Below are positions 58,124 through 64,000 of a stretch of 64,000 nucleotides of DNA, one piece after another. A model generated the notes under the pieces. The model worked only from the letters and a program-made list of their open reading frames with translations. It was not told where the DNA came from and did not search any database. Source of the DNA: a virus (lineage: Duplodnaviria; Caudoviricetes). The first letter of the stretch is position 1. Each line of letters begins with the position of its first letter. The stretch is taken from IMG/VR virus record IMGVR_UViG_3300010346_000241, positions 128,001 to 192,000 of that record; one strand, given 5' to 3'. A program made the position numbers and the translations under genes.

Positions 58124-58891
58124 TTAGTATGCTGAATTGGCATAGCCCATTACAGTTTCTGCATACCAGCTGTATGTACCTGCAGCGTGACCGTAGTAAC
58201 CTGTATTGTACCCTGCCAGGGCGTCGTAAGTAGAGCCGTTGCCGTAATAATTATAGGCTCCGCTAAGACAATATAAAGATATCTCTACATTTTGGTATGG
58301 ATCTGATGACCAATTATAGTATCCGTTACCTGTAGAGTTGTTGTAGCTTTGAGCAGCTACATCAGTGATACCGCAAAGATTTGCACATGCAGTACCCATA
58401 GTCGACTCAGCCATCATTACACCGTACATGATGGAAGGGTCTATTCCATATGCTGCACATCTATCATTCAGATACTGTGCATCGATAGGACTATTGAAAG
58501 TCCAACCGTTAACTGTTACAGTTCCATTACCTCCGATAATCTGTCCATTACTCTGAGGCTCTGGCTGTGTTGGATCTGGAGCTACTGGTTCAGTCTCTAC
58601 AATCTGTTCGGTTGTTGTAGCTACTGTAGTAGTCTCTGTGGTTGTAGTGGATGTAGTCGAAGTAGACGTACTTGTAGTCTTCTTCGTTGTAGTAGAAGTA
58701 GAAGTTGTCGTAGTTGCTGTTGTTCTACACTCTTCTGTGGAAGTAGTGACAAGATACTCCCCCTCTGCAGTTACTCTATCATTCTTAGCACTACTACTGA
58801 AATTTACCAGCAGTACTATGACTGATACGAGTGCTGCTACAAAGATAGTAGCTTTCACCCTTCTGTTTTTCTTTGCATCCATATTGTTCAT
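58124..58891 (-). CDS. membrane-anchored SLT-like lytic transglycosylase
   Basis: N-terminal TM/signal, Thr-rich linker, YGIDPSIMYGVMMAES and ALAGYNTG; early promoter at 58942-58952. Confidence 0.75.
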   Translation of the reverse strand: MNNMDAKKNRRVKATIFVAALVSVIVLLVNFSSSAKNDRVTAEGEYLVTTSTEECRTTATTTTSTSTTTKKTTSTSTSTTSTTTTETTTVATTTEQIVETEPVAPDPTQPEPQSNGQIIGGNGTVTVNGWTFNSPIDAQYLNDRCAAYGIDPSIMYGVMMAESTMGTACANLCGITDVAAQSYNNSTGNGYYNWSSDPYQNVEISLYCLSGAYNYYGNGSTYDALAGYNTGYYGHAAGTYSWYAETVMGYANSAY

Positions 58892-59014
58892 TGTCAATCT
58901 CTCCTTTCAAGATTGCGAGTGGTTCTCAAGGATACATGACAATAATATATAGTTGTAGGGCCAGTTAGAGATGAAAGAAAGTCCCTACCCGTTAAGGTAG
59001 GGGACTCTGTCGCT

Positions 59015-59806
59015 TCATTCTTCGTTTTTCTTTTCCTGATAGTCTGCATAATCAAGTACAGGGATGATCTTGAGACTTTCCTCTTTCATCACTTCGATGA
59101 TAGATTCCATCTCTTCCTCTGTCTTCACTTCTGTGAATTCAGAGACGATGATACCAAGCATATTGTTATCATCATCATATAGGGCAAGGAAACCTGCTGA
59201 CAATACTCCAGACGAGCTGAGCATGTTCTTAATAGCTGGGAAGCAGTCATCTTCCTCGTTGTTAAGTATATACCCAACTTGATTGGATACAAGATAGCTT
59301 ATGCTCTTGTCGAATGTGCTCAAAGGTAATCCTTGATGAAGTAGGACTTTTCTTGTGACTAATGTTCCCCGTTTCATGACTTCTGTTAGACATGATATCT
59401 TGATGAATGGCAGACCGTGACTAGTGTTTATGCCATTATGAAATACATACACTGAGGTTCTATCTGCATTCAACTTGTTTGCTAGGACTTCTAAAGTTGA
59501 TCTGATAGGGACAGACATTTTGATAAAGATATCAACGAGCTCTTTGTGCTCTTCTTTATCTTTTATCTTCTCTTCTTTGGAGCTTGCTAGATTGTCAAGG
59601 ATTGCTTCGAACATTGTTTGGTTCTGAGTTTGAATCAGATTCTGAGTCTTCTGATAGGACTTCAACATGATCACCATAACAGCAAGTATTACAACCAAGA
59701 ATACTGCAGCAATAACAATCAATGCACCGTACCTATTTATCAACTCAGCGTACCTCTCGACAGTATCTGGAGAGGCTGCTTCATTAGCAATTTCAGTAGT
59801 AGTCAT
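59015..59806 (-). CDS. single-TM protein with GAF-like domain (holin candidate)
   Basis: TM GALIVIAAVFLVVILAVMVIML; LNADRTSVYVFHNG...NMLGIIVSEF is GAF-like; late promoter at 59834-59845. Confidence 0.55.
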   Translation of the reverse strand: MTTTEIANEAASPDTVERYAELINRYGALIVIAAVFLVVILAVMVIMLKSYQKTQNLIQTQNQTMFEAILDNLASSKEEKIKDKEEHKELVDIFIKMSVPIRSTLEVLANKLNADRTSVYVFHNGINTSHGLPFIKISCLTEVMKRGTLVTRKVLLHQGLPLSTFDKSISYLVSNQVGYILNNEEDDCFPAIKNMLSSSGVLSAGFLALYDDDNNMLGIIVSEFTEVKTEEEMESIIEVMKEESLKIIPVLDYADYQEKKNEE

Positions 59807-59886
59807 TTGACACTTTCATCTCCTTTCGTAGATTATTGTATAGTTCTGAGGTAAGAATGTGGGTGGACTACTCCACCCACATCAAC

Positions 59887-61500
59887 TTATACTTTAAGTA
59901 ATCTCCACCAATCGTCATCTCCAGCTTCTTTGTTGATATTGTAGAGTCTCTGAAGTATGACATCGTTTCTAGGATATTTAACTCCTATGAAGTCATCTTC
60001 ATTCATATCACTTGTAGATACTGGGAAGAGAGTCTCTAGTTTGTCTATAGGAAGATTGTAGAGCATCCTGTCAAGTATAGACAACTTGTTGTAAGACTCG
60101 AGACACTCGAACGGAACAATGTTTACTTGATCTGGTGAGTGAGAGAGTCCATCCTTTGAGAATACGAAAGAGTTCACCTTGTGGTTATCCTCAAAGTTGA
60201 GAAGCTGTATAGGATAGTGCTTGGTCTCTTCATCGTTAAGGATGTCGATAGGCTGTAAGAACTCAGTGATTCTCATAGTAGATGTAGAGACATCATAGAT
60301 ATGATCTATGTCTACCTTCTTACCATTAACAAAGATGAACATCGAATTCTTGTTACTGAAGTTGTAGAGAGGAGTATTGAGTTTGATGAAACCTTTCTGA
60401 TCTGCAGGGAGATACTTATAGGGTTCGAGGTATGTATAGTCTTCTATAATACCTTCTATCTCATCCTCTGGTGGTTTGTACTGTCCAAAGTTCTCCGCAT
60501 AGTCATTGATATTGGTAAGTATCTCTGGTATGTAGAAGATGTCAAGAGAATCACCTTCTTGGGCATTGGGAGTATCTATGTAGATCTCGTACTTGTAGAG
60601 AGGTGTTCCATCTACAGGTCTAGACATTACACTTCCATGAGGTATGAGACGTCCATTCTTGAAGATCATAAACTGATCATCATTTACACATGTGACAAAC
60701 TCATCTGGAAGTTGTATCCTGTTAACTTCATGATTTACGTCGACATGAAAGTATCTGAACTGGCGCTTTGAGCACAGTGTAATATCCGCAGGAGTGTCCA
60801 ATTCTGCATGCGCAGGTAAAGTATCTGTCCTCTTGTTTAAACCTTCTTGTAGCCAGAATCCACCGATACCAGACCACGCAAATGCGTAGGCTCCTATAGT
60901 CTCGAGAGTAGTTGGTGCATAGAAGATTATAGTCAATGCACTACATCTAGCGAATGCATATGCATCTATAACCTTAAGTCCTTCTGGGAAGTAACCTTCT
61001 GCTTCTCCATCGTATCGACCTATCTGTTCGAGACTAGTACAGTCTTGGAAAGCAGACATGCCGATATACTCAAGAGCAGAGACATTATCCTCATGTTTGA
61101 ATCTAACTCTACGAAGTCTTTGACAATCAAAGAACGCACAGTTCTCTATTTTCTTAATAGACTTCGGCAAGTCAATAGATCTCAGTATATTGGTCTGAGC
61201 GAATGCATAAGGCTCTATCACTTCAAGTGTATCATCTGCATTGATGTTTATAGACAGTCCAGTAGGAGCCGAACTCTTTATATACTTAACGTATCTGAAA
61301 GCTTCCTTTCCGATATTATGAATCTCTTCAAGATTGAATGTAGTAATCGTGGCTTTGAGCGATAAGACTACATCGATGAACTCTTTACTCAGTGTAAAGT
61401 TTGAACCAGCGCCATAGACGGTAAGAGTATCAACGTTATCAGGGATAGTCGCTCTGATTGCTTCTTCAGAAGCACCACAATATACTCTTGCAGTTGCCAT
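59887..61500 (-). CDS. BspA-type LRR protein fused to a virion-protein-like domain
   Basis: Repeated I...AF..C..L motifs (LPKSIKKIENCAFFDCQRL); C-terminal FKNG/FVNG segments. Confidence 0.75.
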   Translation of the reverse strand: MATARVYCGASEEAIRATIPDNVDTLTVYGAGSNFTLSKEFIDVVLSLKATITTFNLEEIHNIGKEAFRYVKYIKSSAPTGLSININADDTLEVIEPYAFAQTNILRSIDLPKSIKKIENCAFFDCQRLRRVRFKHEDNVSALEYIGMSAFQDCTSLEQIGRYDGEAEGYFPEGLKVIDAYAFARCSALTIIFYAPTTLETIGAYAFAWSGIGGFWLQEGLNKRTDTLPAHAELDTPADITLCSKRQFRYFHVDVNHEVNRIQLPDEFVTCVNDDQFMIFKNGRLIPHGSVMSRPVDGTPLYKYEIYIDTPNAQEGDSLDIFYIPEILTNINDYAENFGQYKPPEDEIEGIIEDYTYLEPYKYLPADQKGFIKLNTPLYNFSNKNSMFIFVNGKKVDIDHIYDVSTSTMRITEFLQPIDILNDEETKHYPIQLLNFEDNHKVNSFVFSKDGLSHSPDQVNIVPFECLESYNKLSILDRMLYNLPIDKLETLFPVSTSDMNEDDFIGVKYPRNDVILQRLYNINKEAGDDDWWRLLKV

Positions 61501-61515
61501 ATGTATTCACCTCCT

Positions 61516-64000
61516 TTATTCTTCTTCTTTGCGTACAACATAGGATGCAGGAGGATCTTCTCCAGCACAAAGAATGAGTGTGACATTAGTACCATAGAAC
61601 CAGCTGTTGTCTTTAGCTACCTGTATGATACCATGTACATCTCCTTCGAATGTAGCATGTTCATTGCTAATATTAGGACAGAATGCGAAGCAGTGAGAAC
61701 CAAGACCTGGTCTAGCCTTATACTCAGCCATTCTGTCTGGATCTGGATTGTTGCTTGTATAACGTACACTTCTACTATTGAGGAAGTTACTTATCAGAGG
61801 TTGAATGAAGTATTCTCCACCACCTTGACGAGATATCCTATGAAGACCATTAAGTTTATAGTCTTCCATGTACTTGAACACACCGTAGTGTTGCTCATTA
61901 TGATGAGCTTCATATGAGTACAGCTGATAATAAAGAGGATACTTAGTTATAGTAAACTGAGCATCTGTATTCTGTTTGATTCTCTCCTTATACGGGTTAG
62001 TATCTATGATATTCGTCATTACCATGAGGTCTTCTGGATCGAATACAGAAGTATCGCATCCTATTACCTTTCCCCAAGTAGTTTGACTCAGTATATTTCC
62101 AGTACTACTATACGTGGTAGCACGTTTATCATCGGTGTTATTGCGATAGGTGGTCTTGAATACATCGTTGTTTACATTACGGAACCATACGAATTCCCAT
62201 ATGTCGTTAGCATTGTTAGGACAGTCATCTATCCTATTCATCTCGAAGAAGATGTCAAGGCCATCTTCACGAATAGTATTATACTTGGAATAGAGAAGAC
62301 CATTCTTAAAGAGCATAAGCTTAGACTCTCTGCTACCACTATTCACCATAGGTATTCTGATACTTGATCCATAGTCTGGATCCATGTAGATCATAGACTG
62401 CATTTCAGCTCCAGTCTTAGTATAACTGAATGTAGGATGAATGATAGACTTCTCAAGCTTATCAGGATCATATCCAAGGATGTAATCTGTAGCTTCATAG
62501 AGGTCTCTGAAGTAGTCATTATAGTCTCTATACTTGAAGTCGAATATCTCTTCCAAAAGACCGATGTTGTTGATGATGAAATCCATGTTATCACCATAGA
62601 CAAACATCTCTGGAAGATTCTTACGGAGACACCATTCATCAAGAGCATCAGGATTGAAATCTGCTACAAAGGCATCGTCTATGATAGAAGAGATAGTCTT
62701 CTTTATTATCTCAGTATCAGTAGCGAACATTTCATCTGCTATCTCATGGAGTTTAAGTTTAGTCTCATAGTTGCTATACCAGATGAACTCGTCTGTAGGA
62801 GTAGATCCCTCTTCCATATTGTCGAAGTGCATGATGACTGTATTGATCTGCCATACTGGGTCTTGAGCAAGGTCATAGATACGATCTATGAAGAGTTTGA
62901 TATTGGACTCGAGAGTCTCTACATAACGTTCATAGTCTCGATTAACGGCAGTCTTATTCCAGAGTCTCATAACGTTATCCTGATCGTACACGACTTTCTT
63001 GTTATAGAAAGCTCTGAAGTACATACCGTTGATATCGATATTATTGGCATTGTAGTATCTCTCTACATAGTCTATAGTGTCAGGATTCACCTTAACGTTG
63101 ACATGATTGAATGGATGCCATATAAGGTCTATGATATCTGTATTGTCGAACTGAGCGATGACACCTCTAGCATTAGTATTATCTTTACAATCTTTAGTGA
63201 AGAAGAATGAGAAGACATTAGACCTCTTGATCTTGTTTTCATAAGGAAGATTGCTTGTGGAGAACTTGTAGTTGTAGTATAGAGGATTCATGGTTGTGTT
63301 AGACTTACGAAGAGTATTAAAGTTGATATCAAAGTCTTCTACGTATATATCGTCATGTACTGGATATATAGCGTAAAGAAGATAGTTGTAAGCTGACTGT
63401 CTCTGATTGCTTGTATGATAGATGTGATCACTCCAAGTATCGTCAAATCCTTTCCAACAGAACAGATCGTACTTGCCTTCTATCATACTATCATTCCAGT
63501 TATTAGGAGTGAGATAGTATACAGGGAACGGGAATCCAACGCATCTAATGTAAGGATCATTAGACACTATATTCTTGAGATTGGTAGTTCTAACTACAAG
63601 AGTTACATAAGTATCTCTTTTATCGGAAGTGAATACTACGTTATGCCAAGCAAGTGGATGACCGTCTATGAAGAACAGGAAGGGGGCAATAATATCTCTT
63701 CTCCAAAGTTCCTCTTGTGTGCAAGGTATACCAGTATCGATGATAGTACCGAGATCGAGTGGTGTATCACCATCCATCTTAAGTGCTGCTTCATCGTCTA
63801 ATGTTGGAGCTATATCGATAAGGAAGTTGTCATTAAGCTTAGAAAGCTTGATAGCCTTATTGACATCAAAGTCGAACACATTAGCTTTAAGACTGTTGAG
63901 AGTATCAAGAGTACCCTCATCATTCTCATCTACTGGAGGTACTGCGTAGCTAGAGACTATATGAATAGTACCATGGATGAACTTCAGAGCATGACCCTCG
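61516..64000 (-). CDS. large virion structural protein, 5'-truncated by window edge
   Basis: Frame appears open from the window end to 61516; FFIDG and LFKNG motifs shared with the neighbouring gene. Confidence 0.65.
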   Translation of the reverse strand, partial: EGHALKFIHGTIHIVSSYAVPPVDENDEGTLDTLNSLKANVFDFDVNKAIKLSKLNDNFLIDIAPTLDDEAALKMDGDTPLDLGTIIDTGIPCTQEELWRRDIIAPFLFFIDGHPLAWHNVVFTSDKRDTYVTLVVRTTNLKNIVSNDPYIRCVGFPFPVYYLTPNNWNDSMIEGKYDLFCWKGFDDTWSDHIYHTSNQRQSAYNYLLYAIYPVHDDIYVEDFDINFNTLRKSNTTMNPLYYNYKFSTSNLPYENKIKRSNVFSFFFTKDCKDNTNARGVIAQFDNTDIIDLIWHPFNHVNVKVNPDTIDYVERYYNANNIDINGMYFRAFYNKKVVYDQDNVMRLWNKTAVNRDYERYVETLESNIKLFIDRIYDLAQDPVWQINTVIMHFDNMEEGSTPTDEFIWYSNYETKLKLHEIADEMFATDTEIIKKTISSIIDDAFVADFNPDALDEWCLRKNLPEMFVYGDNMDFIINNIGLLEEIFDFKYRDYNDYFRDLYEATDYILGYDPDKLEKSIIHPTFSYTKTGAEMQSMIYMDPDYGSSIRIPMVNSGSRESKLMLFKNGLLYSKYNTIREDGLDIFFEMNRIDDCPNNANDIWEFVWFRNVNNDVFKTTYRNNTDDKRATTYSSTGNILSQTTWGKVIGCDTSVFDPEDLMVMTNIIDTNPYKERIKQNTDAQFTITKYPLYYQLYSYEAHHNEQHYGVFKYMEDYKLNGLHRISRQGGGEYFIQPLISNFLNSRSVRYTSNNPDPDRMAEYKARPGLGSHCFAFCPNISNEHATFEGDVHGIIQVAKDNSWFYGTNVTLILCAGEDPPASYVVRKEEE

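Noticed and set aside
2232-63949. Many antisense or alternate-frame ORFs in the track (e.g. 8034-8651, 51526-52245, 62437-63210)
   Set aside because: They shadow well-supported genes, lack RBSs and follow from codon bias.
1-64000. CRISPR array, integrase, transposase, intron or intein
   Set aside because: No repeat-spacer pattern or such motifs seen; conserved genes look uninterrupted.
1-64000. Stop-codon reassignment
   Set aside because: Standard-code ORFs tile the window densely, and TAA, TAG and TGA all end plausible genes.

Overview
This window is a densely coded, AT-rich segment of a jumbo myophage genome resembling AR9/PBS1 and phiKZ. The host is probably a Firmicute (strong AAGGAGG RBSs, GH25 endolysin, BspA-type LRRs). 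It holds four split RNA polymerase subunit genes (two beta fragments, two beta' fragments, consistent with separate virion and non-virion RNAPs), RecA/UvsX, a tubulin/FtsZ-family (PhuZ/TubZ-like) protein, GyrA and GyrB, Dda/RecD-like and DnaB helicases, SbcD, a PD-(D/E)XK nuclease and a MYG1 nuclease. It also holds a prohead protease, head/baseplate/tail proteins and lysis genes. Two promoter motifs recur in intergenic DNA: AACH-N6-TR (about 20 copies, AR9 late-like) and YTRYATAYTAT (about 14 copies, early-like, often followed by a 5' hairpin). The most unusual signals are three ORF-free structured units that look like undescribed phage ncRNAs (two with their own promoter and terminator, one ending in a tRNA-like stem plus ACCA), a micro-ORF/tubulin operon, an early PemK/MazF-like coiled-coil protein and a 34-bp duplication of the beta' translation start. 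All calls come from motif reading by eye; no database searches were run.
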